The notes beneath the pieces are model-generated. The model did not search any database. It worked only from the letters and a program-made list of their open reading frames with translations, and was not told the origin of the DNA. A stretch of DNA of 64,000 nt from an uncultured Gemmatimonadales bacterium (GTDB lineage: Bacteria; Gemmatimonadota; Gemmatimonadetes; Longimicrobiales; RSA9). The translations under genes were made by a program, and so were the position numbers. Every line of letters begins with the position of its first letter. Position 1 is the first letter of the stretch. This document shows, piece after piece, positions 1-9,833 of this stretch. Location: contig CAWFKH010000004.1 in assembly GCA_963816355.1 (NCBI GenBank), positions 382,689 through 446,688 of the forward strand, read 5' to 3'.

Positions 1-1197
1 CCGGACCTGGACGAGATCCGGGCGCAGACGGGGGCGGGGAGCGCGCTCGAGGGCAGCGTGCGGCGCGCCGGCGACCGCGTCCGCGTGGACGTCGCGCTGG
101 TGGACACGCGCACGCACCGGCGGGTGTGGGCCGCGGACTACGATCGACGGCTGCGGGACATCTTCGCGCTCGAGGATGAGATCGCGCGTGCGGTCGCGAG
201 CGCGCTCGCGGTGGAGCTGACGACGCCGGCGGCGCGCTCGATCGGGACGCAGAACGTGCCGGCGCACGACCTCTACCTGCTCGGCCTCTACCACTGGAAC
301 CGGCGTACCGGGCCGGAGATCCGGCAGGCCGTCGACTATTTCGAGCGGGCGGTCGAGGCCGATTCGTCCTTCGCGCTCGCCTACGCCGGTCTCGCCGCCG
401 CGAACGTGCTGCTGCCGCTGTACGCGGACGTGCCGGGCGACGACGCCTATCCGCGCGCCCGCGACGCCGCCGAAAGGGCGCTCGCGCTGGACGACCGGCT
501 CGCCGAGGCGCACACGGCGCTCGCCAACGTGCTCATGATCTACCGCTGGGACTGGGAAGCCGCGGACGCGGAGTTCCGCCGCGCCATCGCGCTCGACTCG
601 ACCTACGCCACGGCGCACGAGTGGCGGGGTCTGTTGCTGGACGGGATCGGACGCCACGAGGAGGCGGCGGCGGAGTTCCGGCGCGCGCGCGCCGCCGACC
701 CGGCGTCGCTGATCATCGTGGTCGCGGGCGGTCTGCACGAGGCGATCGTCGCCCGCCAGGACTCGGCTGCGGCGGCCTACCGGCGGGCGCTCGATCGGCA
801 GCCGGATTTCCCCGTCGCGCTCTCGCTTCTCGCGGAATCCGAAGCGATCACGGGCAACGTGGACGCCGCGCGCGCCGCGCTCGAGCGGTGGGCCGCGCTG
901 CGGCGCGTGGATCCGGCGGTGGCGGTGGCGCTGGCGGCCGGGATCGGCGACCCGGCCGCGCTGGCGGCGGGGCGGAAGGCGCTCGCGAGCGCCGCGCTGC
1001 GCAGCCGCATGAAGCCGTTCGACATCGCGGTATGGGCGTCGCTGCTGGGCGACACGGCGGGCGCGCTGTCCGCGCTCGAGCGCGGCGCCGTCGAACACGA
1101 CTACCTCTCCTTCAGCGCCGCCGTGCACCCCGCGTTCCAGGCGCTGCGCGGCTCGCCCCGCTACCGGGCGCTGCTCGCCCGCATGCACCTGCACTGA
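1..1197 (+). CDS. TolB-N-like domain plus TPR repeat protein, 5'-truncated by window edge
   Basis: Frame open from base 1 (PDLDEIRAQTGAGSALEGSVRRAGDRVRV...YDRRLRDIFALEDEIARAV), then TPR-like helices (YFERAVEADSSFALAYAGLA, WDWEAADAEFRRAIALD); typical C-terminal module of kinases/cyclases/regulators. Confidence 0.8.
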   Translation, partial: PDLDEIRAQTGAGSALEGSVRRAGDRVRVDVALVDTRTHRRVWAADYDRRLRDIFALEDEIARAVASALAVELTTPAARSIGTQNVPAHDLYLLGLYHWNRRTGPEIRQAVDYFERAVEADSSFALAYAGLAAANVLLPLYADVPGDDAYPRARDAAERALALDDRLAEAHTALANVLMIYRWDWEAADAEFRRAIALDSTYATAHEWRGLLLDGIGRHEEAAAEFRRARAADPASLIIVVAGGLHEAIVARQDSAAAAYRRALDRQPDFPVALSLLAESEAITGNVDAARAALERWAALRRVDPAVAVALAAGIGDPAALAAGRKALASAALRSRMKPFDIAVWASLLGDTAGALSALERGAVEHDYLSFSAAVHPAFQALRGSPRYRALLARMHLH

Positions 1198-1242
1198 TCC
1201 GGAGCGGCGTTCTCGCGACGGCGGCTGCCCCGGGCGCGGGCG

Positions 1243-2916
1243 CTACGGATCCACGTGGAGGACGGTCATCATGCCGGATCCGAGGTGCTCGGCGATGTGG
1301 CAGTGCAGCATCCAGGCGCCGGGGTTGGACGCGTCGATCAGCAGGTCGACGGTCGAGCCGACCGGGATGATCGCGGTGTCCTTCCACACCAGGTTGGCCG
1401 TGGGCACGCCGTCGCGCGAGATGACGAGCATGCGCTGGCCGTGCAGGTGGATGGGGTGCTGCATCGGGTGGAAGGAGTGCGGGTCGTTGTAGAGCTGCAG
1501 CTTGACGACCGAGCCTCGCTTGACGTGCCAGTCGATGTCCATGTTCTCGGCGCCGGTCTCGTCGCGCAGGATCCAGCGCACCTGTTTGCTCGTCGACAGC
1601 CAGTTCATCAGCGGCATGCCGTCGACCCACTCCACCGGCGCGTAGTAGGCGGTGTCGACGCTCATGAACTGCACCGACGCCAGCGGCAGTCCGCTCGTCG
1701 CGACGGTGAGCGTGATCCGCTTGTCCGGCGGCCGCTCGAAGTACTTCCGGTAGCGGTCGATCTCGCGGCGGACGGCGTCGTTCGCGCGCAACGCCCGGAA
1801 CTGGCGTGCGTAGTCCGGCGACGCCGCGGTGTCCGCCACCGTGACGACGCCGAGCGTGTCGACGCGCGCCTCGAACTCGCCGCGGTAGTGGTCGACCGCC
1901 TGCACCGCGTTGACGAGGGGAACCGTGCCGGCGCGGTCGAAGCGGACCTCGACGACGTAGCGCTCCGCCGGCGCGAGCACGACGCTGCCGACGCGCTCCT
2001 CGCGCTCGAAGCGGCTGACGTCGGAGGCGACGACCTTCATCGGCGCACCGCCGAAGGCGACGTTGTAGGTGCGGGAGCTGGACACGTTGGTCAGGTAGAA
2101 GCGCACCACTTCGCCCTTCTTCACCCGCATGGACCAGTCCGGCTCGCCGTTGACGAGCAGCACGTTGCCGACGCGGCCCATCAGCGCGAAGTCGGGGCCC
2201 TCCTTGCCGAACGGGATCAGCGTGTCGCCGTTCATCAGCAGGTCGCTCAGCACCAGCGCCTGCTCGCGGTTGGCCGGCGAGTAGTAGTCCGGGTCGGGCG
2301 CGTCGACCAGCATGTTGCCGGCCAGCCCCATCGCCTGCTCGATGTCCTCACGCACGTGCGGGTGGTACCAGTAGATGCCGGCGTCCGGAAAGTGGACGCG
2401 GTAGACGTAGTCGCCGCCCGGCGGGACCGGGTCCTGCGTCAGGCCAGGCACGCCGTCGCTGCGGTTGTCCAGCCGCACGCCGTGCCAGTGCACCGTGCTC
2501 GGCAGGTCGATCCGGTTGTGGAAGCGGACGACGATCGTCGCGTTCTGCGGTACCCGGATCATCGGCCCCGGCACCTGGCCGTTGAAGCCGTACATCGCGA
2601 ACGCGTGACCGCGGATCGTGCGCCGCACCAGCGTCGCCGAGAGGTCGAGCGTGTCGCCGTCGGCGAGCGCGACGATCCGCGACGGCCGCGCCGCCGGCAG
2701 CGTCGCCGGATCGACGCCGCCGCCCGGCAGGAACGGCGTGATCGGCGGGTCGATCCCCATCAGGCCGGGGAGCATCGGCATGTTCGCGGGCATCGGGATC
2801 GGCATCGGCCGCCCGTGCTTCATGCCCGGCATCCCCTGCCCCGCCGCGCCGCCCGCGAGCGCGGAGACGGCCAGCAGCGCGCGCAGGAGCGCGGCCGGGA
2901 CCCGCCCGCTGGACAT
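1243..2916 (-). CDS. Multicopper oxidase with Met-rich N-terminus
   Basis: All four Cu motifs: HWHG, WYHPH, HPIHLHG, HCHIAEHLGSGM; ATG at 2916 overlaps upstream TGA (TGATG); hydrophobic signal peptide. Confidence 0.92.
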   Translation of the reverse strand: MSSGRVPAALLRALLAVSALAGGAAGQGMPGMKHGRPMPIPMPANMPMLPGLMGIDPPITPFLPGGGVDPATLPAARPSRIVALADGDTLDLSATLVRRTIRGHAFAMYGFNGQVPGPMIRVPQNATIVVRFHNRIDLPSTVHWHGVRLDNRSDGVPGLTQDPVPPGGDYVYRVHFPDAGIYWYHPHVREDIEQAMGLAGNMLVDAPDPDYYSPANREQALVLSDLLMNGDTLIPFGKEGPDFALMGRVGNVLLVNGEPDWSMRVKKGEVVRFYLTNVSSSRTYNVAFGGAPMKVVASDVSRFEREERVGSVVLAPAERYVVEVRFDRAGTVPLVNAVQAVDHYRGEFEARVDTLGVVTVADTAASPDYARQFRALRANDAVRREIDRYRKYFERPPDKRITLTVATSGLPLASVQFMSVDTAYYAPVEWVDGMPLMNWLSTSKQVRWILRDETGAENMDIDWHVKRGSVVKLQLYNDPHSFHPMQHPIHLHGQRMLVISRDGVPTANLVWKDTAIIPVGSTVDLLIDASNPGAWMLHCHIAEHLGSGMMTVLHVDP

Positions 2917-3551
2917 CACCATACGCCGCGGAACATCGGATGGGAGAGGAACGACTGGAGCCACGTGCTCGGCGAGGCGCCGTGCAGGACGGTGGGGCCG
3001 GCGTGCGCCGCGGGGGTGGCCGTCGCCTCCGCCGTGATCACCAGCAGGAACTTGTTGAAGTCGACCGGGCCCACGGTGGTGGTGTCGTTCCCCACCTCCC
3101 CCAGCCGCGACCACGTGCTCAGGTCCGGCGTCACCGCCCACGCCACGTAGGCGGCGTACGCCCCCAGCGCCGACGGCGCCGGCAGGCCCGCCGCCGTCAC
3201 GCGGACGTCATAGCGCGCGCGCCCCTCGGGCGTCACGGCGACGCCGAAGGGCGACGCCGCGTAGACGAGCCGGCCGGCGCCCGTCGCGTGCGGCGCCGCG
3301 GGCGCCGCGAAGAGCGGGATGTCGTAGGGCCCGATGCGCCCCGCCACGGTCTGCGCGGCGGCGGGAGGGGCGGGCGCGGCCTGGGCGCGCGCCGGCGCGG
3401 CCCCCCAGGCGAAGGCCAGCGCGGCGAGCGCGGCGGCCGGCGCGCCGCTCCGCGCGAGGCGGGCAGGTAGCCGGCGGCCGCGGCGGCCGGCGCCGCCGGC
3501 GCGGCGCGCCCGCGGACGCCGGAACGTGGCGGCGTCGACCTCGCCGTTCAT
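2916..3551 (-). CDS. Exported hypothetical protein, weak resemblance to RskA C-terminal-like domain
   Basis: ATG 3551 overlaps upstream stop (ATGA); signal-like ALAALAFAWGAAPARA; YVAWAVTPD...RLG...FLLVITAE. Confidence 0.65.
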   Translation of the reverse strand: MNGEVDAATFRRPRARRAGGAGRRGRRLPARLARSGAPAAALAALAFAWGAAPARAQAAPAPPAAAQTVAGRIGPYDIPLFAAPAAPHATGAGRLVYAASPFGVAVTPEGRARYDVRVTAAGLPAPSALGAYAAYVAWAVTPDLSTWSRLGEVGNDTTTVGPVDFNKFLLVITAEATATPAAHAGPTVLHGASPSTWLQSFLSHPMFRGVW

Positions 3552-4945
3552 CGGCTGTCGTTTGCGTCGTCGGAAGTGGCGGCGTGGCGCGGCGCCCCCT
3601 CGGGGCCGTGGTCGAAGTCCTGAACGCTCGAGATGTTGGGCATGCCGAAGTCGTGGCCGTTCCAGCCCTTGAAGCCGTCGAGCCGGAAGAGCCACAGGCC
3701 GCTGCGCATGTCGGAGAGCACGATGAGGCCGTCGGAGTTGCGCACGTCGACGCCAAAAGCGCCCTGCTCGACGCTGTTGGTGCTCTCGTAGCCCTGCTCG
3801 GGCCGACCGCCGAAGCCGTGCTCGTGGACGCACGCGCAGGTGAAGTAGCCGCCGACCGTCTTCGGGTTCTTCGGGTCCTTCATGTCGAAGATCTGGAGCC
3901 CGTCCTCGTAGGCGGACACGAAGACGTACGGCCAGCGGACCTCGTGATTGTGGGAGAGGTCGCGCCAGTCGGCGGTCCAGCCGCCGATCGGCAGGTCGAT
4001 GTTCTGGACCTTGCCCTCCTGCCCCGGCGTGAGGTCCCAGATGCGCAGCGGCGTGTACTGGTACTCCGTCTCCGTGACGGCGTACTTGCCGTCCGGCGAG
4101 GGCGTGAAGGTGTGGGCGATGTCGAGGCCGAGACCGGTGATCGTGAACACCCGCGTCGGCGCCTCCGGGTGCGTCACGTTCCAAACCGAGTAGCCGCCGA
4201 GCCCCGCGCCGTAGAACTTGTCCTGGTGCGTCGCCGGGTCGTACGCCACGTAGAAGTCGTGGTAGCTGCCGGTGCCGAGCTGGCTCGACGGCGTCGGGTT
4301 CGGCACCTCGCCGACCAGCCACGTGCTCGGGTCCGCGCCGGAGACGACGCGGTTCATGTCGTAGACGAGCGCGACCGGGTCGCGCACCGTCGCGAAGAGA
4401 AGCACCCGCCCGTCCGAGTGCTTGTAGGCGAAGATGTTGTGGAAGCCGCCCGGCGCCTTCGGATAGCGCAGCCGCGCCACGACCTTCACCTTCGCGGGAT
4501 CCGGCAATCCGGTCACGTCGAAGATCACCGCCCCCAGGTCCTCGTCCGGGCTCCCCTGCGTGAACTGGTACGACTGCGCGTAGTAGTAGCGGTCGCCGAT
4601 CTTGAAGTACTTCCCGTCCATCGCGCCGATGCCGCGGTGCAGCTCCGGGTTCTCGATCGTCCAGTCGACCACCTTCTTCGGATGCGCGAGGTCGCGGATG
4701 TCGTAGATCTGGGCGTCGAAGTTGACGAAGCCGGAGATGTAGACGTAGGGCCGCCCCGGATCCTGCTCGATCTCGATGTCGGCCGCCTTCCAGGCGCCGG
4801 GGTGCGTCACCACGTGGGCGACCTCGTGGACCTTCGGGGTGCCGCCCTTCTTCTGGTCGAACGGCCGGACCGCTGTGCCCGGATCCTGCGCCTGCGCCGC
4901 CGTGGCCAGGCCGAACACCGCCAGCATGACGAAGTACCCGCGCAT
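3548..4945 (-). CDS. Secreted beta-propeller protein (LVIVD / choice-of-anchor-B-like)
   Basis: Signal peptide; repeated IYDIRDLAHPK, IFDVTG, VWNVTHPEAP, IFDMKDPKNPK blades; HN/HD/HT His motifs. Confidence 0.75.
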   Translation of the reverse strand: MRGYFVMLAVFGLATAAQAQDPGTAVRPFDQKKGGTPKVHEVAHVVTHPGAWKAADIEIEQDPGRPYVYISGFVNFDAQIYDIRDLAHPKKVVDWTIENPELHRGIGAMDGKYFKIGDRYYYAQSYQFTQGSPDEDLGAVIFDVTGLPDPAKVKVVARLRYPKAPGGFHNIFAYKHSDGRVLLFATVRDPVALVYDMNRVVSGADPSTWLVGEVPNPTPSSQLGTGSYHDFYVAYDPATHQDKFYGAGLGGYSVWNVTHPEAPTRVFTITGLGLDIAHTFTPSPDGKYAVTETEYQYTPLRIWDLTPGQEGKVQNIDLPIGGWTADWRDLSHNHEVRWPYVFVSAYEDGLQIFDMKDPKNPKTVGGYFTCACVHEHGFGGRPEQGYESTNSVEQGAFGVDVRNSDGLIVLSDMRSGLWLFRLDGFKGWNGHDFGMPNISSVQDFDHGPEGAPRHAATSDDANDSR

Positions 4946-5138
4946 CGAGAATCCTCCGGTGATTGGGGAGGCGCAAAGTAGGGGGTAGGCCGAGCGACGG
5001 GCAACGGTGGCGTTCCGATACGCGACGGTGACCGACCGATCACGAAACCGCAGTCGTCCACCGTCTACGATTACGCGCGTGGCCGGCCACGGCTCCCCCC
5101 GCGGCCAGGCAGGAGGCTCTCCAGCCGGGGTTCACCGC

Positions 5139-7946
5139 ATGAGAAGAGGCTTTCGCTCCGTTCCCGCCATCGTGCTCGCGACGCTGCTCGTCGCCGCGCC
5201 GGCGCTGGGTCAGGATCTCGCCGCGGCGCGCGAGCGCGGCGGCACCGGGCGCATCGTGGGCCGCGTCGTGGACGCGGAGACCGGCGATCCGGTGGCGGGC
5301 GCCCAGATCGCGGTCCTGGGCACGGGCGTCGGCACGCTCTCGGGCGTGGACGGCCGCTTTCTCCTGCTGGGCGTCCCCGCCGGGGACCAGGCCGTTCAAG
5401 TCACCTACGTGGGCTACGCAGCGAAGACGGTCGAGGGAATCGACGTGCCGAGCGACGGCGCCGTCGTGCAGAACCTCGCACTGAAGTCGGCGGCGATCGC
5501 GATCGCGGGGATCACGGTCTCGGCGGAGCGAGAGCGGGGCACCGTGAGCGCGGCGCTCAACGCGCAGCGCACGGCGGTCGGCGTGACGAGCGCCACCACG
5601 GCGGAGCAGATCGCGCGCAGCCCGGATGGCGACGCCGCGCAGGCGGTGCAGCGGGTGAGCGGCGTCACCGTGAGGGACGGCAAGTACGTCTTCGTGCGCG
5701 GTCTCGGAGAGCGCTACACGACCACCTCCCTCGACGGCGCGCGGGTGCCGAGTCCGGAGCCGGAGAAGAAGGTGGTGCCGCTCGACCTCTTCCCCACCAG
5801 CCTGCTGGAAGCAATCACGACGTCGAAGAGCTTCACGCCCGATCAGCCCGGCGACTTCAGCGGCGCGCAGGTGAACCTGCGGACGCGTTCCTTCCCCGCT
5901 CGCGGCCTGCTACAGATCTCCCTCTCGAGCGGCTACAACACGCTGGCGAGCCGTGCCGGCAACCTGCAGCCGACGACGACCGGCGGGGAGTGGCTCGGCG
6001 TCGCCGCCTCCGAGCGCCGCCTGCCCGCCAGCCTGCTCGGCGCGACCGATTTCTCGCGCCTTTCGCGCAGCGACGTCAACGGCCTGATCCGCTCGCTGCC
6101 GCGCGACTGGACGGCCGGCAGCGGCGGCGGCTCCCCGAACCTCTCCGGCAGCCTCGCCTTCGGCGGCGAGAACCCGCTCCTCGGCCACACCTTCGGCTAC
6201 ATCGGATCGCTCTCGTACAGCCGCACGGATCAGGTGCGCGACGGCGAGGTGAGGGCGCGCGCGGTGCCCGGCGACTCGCTCGGCACGCCGGCGCCGTACA
6301 ACGTCTTCGTCGGCAGCACCGGCCGGACGAGCGTGCTGTGGGGCGGGCTCCTCAACCTGAGCACGTACCTCGGCTCGAGCACCAAGCTGGAGCTGAACAA
6401 CACGTACAACCGGACGGCGGACAACGAGGCTCACCTCGACTGGGGCACGCTCGAGGAGTTCACCCAGGTGGACAGCGTCCGCCGGACTTCGCTCCAGTAC
6501 ATCGAGCGCACCGTCCGCTCCGACCAGCTCCGCGGCGAGCACCGCATCGGCGATCGCAACCGCGTCACCTGGTCGCTCACCTCCTCCGCCGTCTCCCGCG
6601 TCGAGCCCGACCGCGCCGACCTCGCCTACGGCTACGAGACCGCGCCCACCGGCGAGCGCCTGCCCCTCGCATGGCTCGGCTTCATTCCGGAGGCGGCCAA
6701 GCGCACCTCGAGCGATCTGCACGAGGCGGTCTACGCGGGCGCCCTCGACTACGCCCTCTCCGTGGGGCGCGCGGAGCGGGAGACGACGCTCAAGGTGGGC
6801 GCCGCCTACCGCCACACCCACCGCGACTCCCGCACCGTCTCCTACAACCTGCGCGCCCTCGGCCTCAGCGCCGACCAGCGCGCCGCCTCGCCGGATCAGC
6901 TCTTCTACGGCGCCTTCACCGAGGGCGACGCCGCGAAGATCGTCCTCGAGCCGAACGCCAGCGGCGGAACGTACGCGGCCGACGACGTCGTCTCCGCCGG
7001 CTACGCGATGGCGGAAGTGCCGCTCGGCGCCCGCCTGCGCCTGATCGGCGGCGCGCGCGTGGAGCGGTGGAAGCTCGGCATGGACGCCGAGCCGACCGGT
7101 CGCGGCCTCGTCCGCATCGACCGCACCGACACGGATCTGCTGCCGTCCCTCGCGCTGAACGCGCGGCTGAGCGCGAACCAGACGCTGCGGCTCTCGGCGT
7201 CGCAGACGCTGGCGCGGCCGGAGTACCGCGAGCTCGCGCCGATCAGCTACCGCGACATGCTCGGCGAGCGCGAGGTCTTCGGCGACTCCAGCCTGGTGCG
7301 CACGTTGGTGCAGAACTACGACGTGCGCTGGGAGTGGTATCCGGGCTTCGACCAGGTGGTCAGCGTGGGCGTCTTCGCCAAGCGTTTCGACCATCCGATC
7401 GAGCAGATCGACGTCGCCACCTCCGGCGTCTCGCAGCTCAGCTTCATCAACGCCGCCTCCGCGTTCGACTACGGCGTCGAGCTGGAGCTGCGCAAGCGCC
7501 TCGGCTTCCTCGCGCCCGCGCTCGACCCGCTCTCGCTTTTCACCAACGTCACGCTGATGAAGAGCCGCATCAACACGAGCAACAGCACCCTCTCGGCGCT
7601 CACCAACGACGAGCGCCCGATGGTGGGGCAGGCACCCTACGTCGTCAACGCCGGGCTCGGCTACAGCCGCGCCACCGGCGCCTTCAGCGCGACGCTGCTC
7701 TACAACGTCGTCGGCAAGCGCATCACGTCCGCGGCCGTGACTCCGATCCGCGTCGACACCTACGAGCAGCCGCGGCAGCTCCTCGACTTCTCGATGCGCT
7801 TCCCGCTCCACGGCGGGCTGAGCGCCAGGCTCGACGCGAAGAACCTGCTCGACGCGCCGTACGAGGAGCGCCAGGGCGACGTGATCCGTTACCGCTACAC
7901 GACCGGTCCCACCTTCGGCCTCGGCGTGAGCTGGAACGGTCGCTGA
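5139..7946 (+). CDS. TonB-dependent receptor with N-terminal carboxypeptidase-regulatory-like domain
   Basis: Signal peptide; GRIVGRVVDAETGDPVAGA; plug VFVRGLGERY; C-terminal barrel signature NLLD...FGLGVSW. Confidence 0.92.
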   Translation: MRRGFRSVPAIVLATLLVAAPALGQDLAAARERGGTGRIVGRVVDAETGDPVAGAQIAVLGTGVGTLSGVDGRFLLLGVPAGDQAVQVTYVGYAAKTVEGIDVPSDGAVVQNLALKSAAIAIAGITVSAERERGTVSAALNAQRTAVGVTSATTAEQIARSPDGDAAQAVQRVSGVTVRDGKYVFVRGLGERYTTTSLDGARVPSPEPEKKVVPLDLFPTSLLEAITTSKSFTPDQPGDFSGAQVNLRTRSFPARGLLQISLSSGYNTLASRAGNLQPTTTGGEWLGVAASERRLPASLLGATDFSRLSRSDVNGLIRSLPRDWTAGSGGGSPNLSGSLAFGGENPLLGHTFGYIGSLSYSRTDQVRDGEVRARAVPGDSLGTPAPYNVFVGSTGRTSVLWGGLLNLSTYLGSSTKLELNNTYNRTADNEAHLDWGTLEEFTQVDSVRRTSLQYIERTVRSDQLRGEHRIGDRNRVTWSLTSSAVSRVEPDRADLAYGYETAPTGERLPLAWLGFIPEAAKRTSSDLHEAVYAGALDYALSVGRAERETTLKVGAAYRHTHRDSRTVSYNLRALGLSADQRAASPDQLFYGAFTEGDAAKIVLEPNASGGTYAADDVVSAGYAMAEVPLGARLRLIGGARVERWKLGMDAEPTGRGLVRIDRTDTDLLPSLALNARLSANQTLRLSASQTLARPEYRELAPISYRDMLGEREVFGDSSLVRTLVQNYDVRWEWYPGFDQVVSVGVFAKRFDHPIEQIDVATSGVSQLSFINAASAFDYGVELELRKRLGFLAPALDPLSLFTNVTLMKSRINTSNSTLSALTNDERPMVGQAPYVVNAGLGYSRATGAFSATLLYNVVGKRITSAAVTPIRVDTYEQPRQLLDFSMRFPLHGGLSARLDAKNLLDAPYEERQGDVIRYRYTTGPTFGLGVSWNGR

Positions 7947-8041
7947 CGCCCTCGTTACCGGGGGCGGGAATCGCCGTGACAACCGCCGCCTATCCTCTCT
8001 CTCGACCGACCGCTTACCCCAGCAACGGAGCACAGCGAACC

Positions 8042-9748
8042 ATGCGATCCTCCCCCCGTACGTGGCTCACTCTCGCGTGCGCGGTGCTGCTCGCCGGCGC
8101 CCTCGGCGCCTGCGACAGCAACGGCACCAGCGTCGAGCCGACGCCGCTCGCCGCGCCCATCGGCCTCGACGCCGTCGCCACCTCCGCCACGACCGTGCGC
8201 GTGACCTGGAACCAGGTGGCGGGCGCCGACACGTACCAGCTCGACCGCGCCGAAGGCAGTGGCGCGTTCACCAACCTGAGGAGCGGCCTCGGCAGCACGT
8301 TCTTCGAAGACGACGGCCTCCAGGAAAACACGCAGTACCGTTACCAGGTGCGTGCCGTGAAGGGGTCGGCGCAGAGCCCGAACAGCGCAGCGGTCACGGT
8401 GACCACCAGCAGCACCGGCCCGAAGGTGGCGCGGGTCACCGGCATCACGCTCGACCGCACGTTCTTCTCCGACACGACCTACGTGCTGAGCGGCTTCGTC
8501 AAGGTGAGCAACGGCGCCACGCTCACCGTCCAGCCCGGCACGACCATCGTGGGCGACACCCTCGTGCCCGGCAGCTCCCTGTGGATCCTGCGCGGCTCGA
8601 AGATCATCGCCGAGGGCACCGCCGGCGCCCCGATCGTCTTCACCTCCCAGCGAGCCCCCGGCAGCCGCGCCCCGGGCGACTGGGGCGGTATCATCATCGT
8701 CGGCAACGGCCTGATCAACCGCACCGCCAACCCGATCTTCACCGAGGGGCCGGTCGGCGCCGCGGAGAACTACGCCGGCGGCACGAACTTCAACGACAGC
8801 TCCGGCTCCCTCAAGTACGTGCGCGTCGAGTTCGCCGGCTTCGACGTCTCCAACGGCGGCGGCCAGGAGCTCAACTCCGTCTCCAGCTACGCCGTCGGCC
8901 GGGGCACCACGTACGACTTCGTGGAGACGATCGCCGGCCTCGACGACGGCTTCGAGTCCTTCGGCGGCGCCCAGGACATGCGCCACATCATCTCCTTCGA
9001 AACCGGTGACGACCACTTCGACTGGACGGAGGGTTTCCGCGGCCGCGCCCAGTTCCTCATCGCGCTCCAGACGACGGTGCTTGCGCCGCGGCCCGGCACC
9101 GGCACCGTCTCCAGCGACCCGCGTGGCTTCGAGGGCGACGGCTGCGAGATCGACAAGGCCGGCTGCACCTTCGCCAACACGCCCTACTCGATGCCGATCT
9201 GGGCCAACTTCACCGTCATCGGCCCGGGCCCCGGCGTCTTCTCCACCACCGACGGCAACGGCGCCGTCGTGCGGCGGGGCGCCGCGGCCAACTTCGTCAA
9301 CGGCATCATCGCCCGCTGGCCCGGCGTCGGCCTCAGCATCCGCGACGCCGAGAGCAAGGCGCTCCTCGACAAGGATTCGCTCTACGTCCGCAACGTCATC
9401 CTCTCCGACAACGGCAGCAACTTCGAGCCCGCCGGCACGAACTTCGGCTCCATCGTCAGCGACAACGCGACCGCCTGGAACGTCACCACGCCCCCGATGA
9501 ACGACCTCTTCGCCGGCGCGATTCCGACCAGCGCGACCACCGTCACCGACGCCAACCTCGGCATCGAGCTGAAGAGCGGCGCCGCTGCCGCCGCCGGCGG
9601 ACTGAACAGCTTCGCCGGAACGCCGCTCAACGCGCGCGTGCAGGACTTCTTCGGCGGTGCGATGCCCGCCACCAGCTACGTCGGTGCCGTGGATCCGTCC
9701 GCCGCCACACCCTGGTACCAGGGCTGGACCCGCTGGTACCGCAACTGA
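8042..9748 (+). CDS. Lipoprotein with fibronectin type III domain and beta-rich C-terminal domain (TonB receptor partner)
   Basis: Lipobox LGAC; Fn3 (VRVTWNQV...GLQENTQYRYQVRA); PIVFTS...PGDWGGIII, SGSLKYVRVEFAG, DDGFESFGG motifs. Confidence 0.8.
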   Translation: MRSSPRTWLTLACAVLLAGALGACDSNGTSVEPTPLAAPIGLDAVATSATTVRVTWNQVAGADTYQLDRAEGSGAFTNLRSGLGSTFFEDDGLQENTQYRYQVRAVKGSAQSPNSAAVTVTTSSTGPKVARVTGITLDRTFFSDTTYVLSGFVKVSNGATLTVQPGTTIVGDTLVPGSSLWILRGSKIIAEGTAGAPIVFTSQRAPGSRAPGDWGGIIIVGNGLINRTANPIFTEGPVGAAENYAGGTNFNDSSGSLKYVRVEFAGFDVSNGGGQELNSVSSYAVGRGTTYDFVETIAGLDDGFESFGGAQDMRHIISFETGDDHFDWTEGFRGRAQFLIALQTTVLAPRPGTGTVSSDPRGFEGDGCEIDKAGCTFANTPYSMPIWANFTVIGPGPGVFSTTDGNGAVVRRGAAANFVNGIIARWPGVGLSIRDAESKALLDKDSLYVRNVILSDNGSNFEPAGTNFGSIVSDNATAWNVTTPPMNDLFAGAIPTSATTVTDANLGIELKSGAAAAAGGLNSFAGTPLNARVQDFFGGAMPATSYVGAVDPSAATPWYQGWTRWYRN

Positions 9749-9762
9749 ATCCACACGTCTTC

Positions 9763-9792
9763 GCGCCCGGGGGCGTTCCCGCCCCCGGGCGC
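9763..9792. terminator. GC-rich hairpin after lipoprotein gene (terminator or stabiliser-like)
   Basis: gcgcccgggggcg-ttcc-cgcccccgggcgc perfect 13-bp stem, no U-tract. Confidence 0.45.
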
Positions 9793-9833
9793 CGCGGGCG
9801 AGGCGCGAAGAAATCCCGCTACACGGAGTACCG

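Noticed and set aside
5007..5138. Pho or Fur box upstream of TonB receptor
   Set aside because: Only weak partial matches without convincing periodicity or dyad
5990..8041. Long N-terminal extensions in the ORF track (5990-9748, 28314-31685, 31852-34860, 33513-35642, 25600-28236, 2916-4976)
   Set aside because: Arg/Ala-rich off-frame read-through of neighbouring genes; real starts are set by RBS or stop/start overlaps
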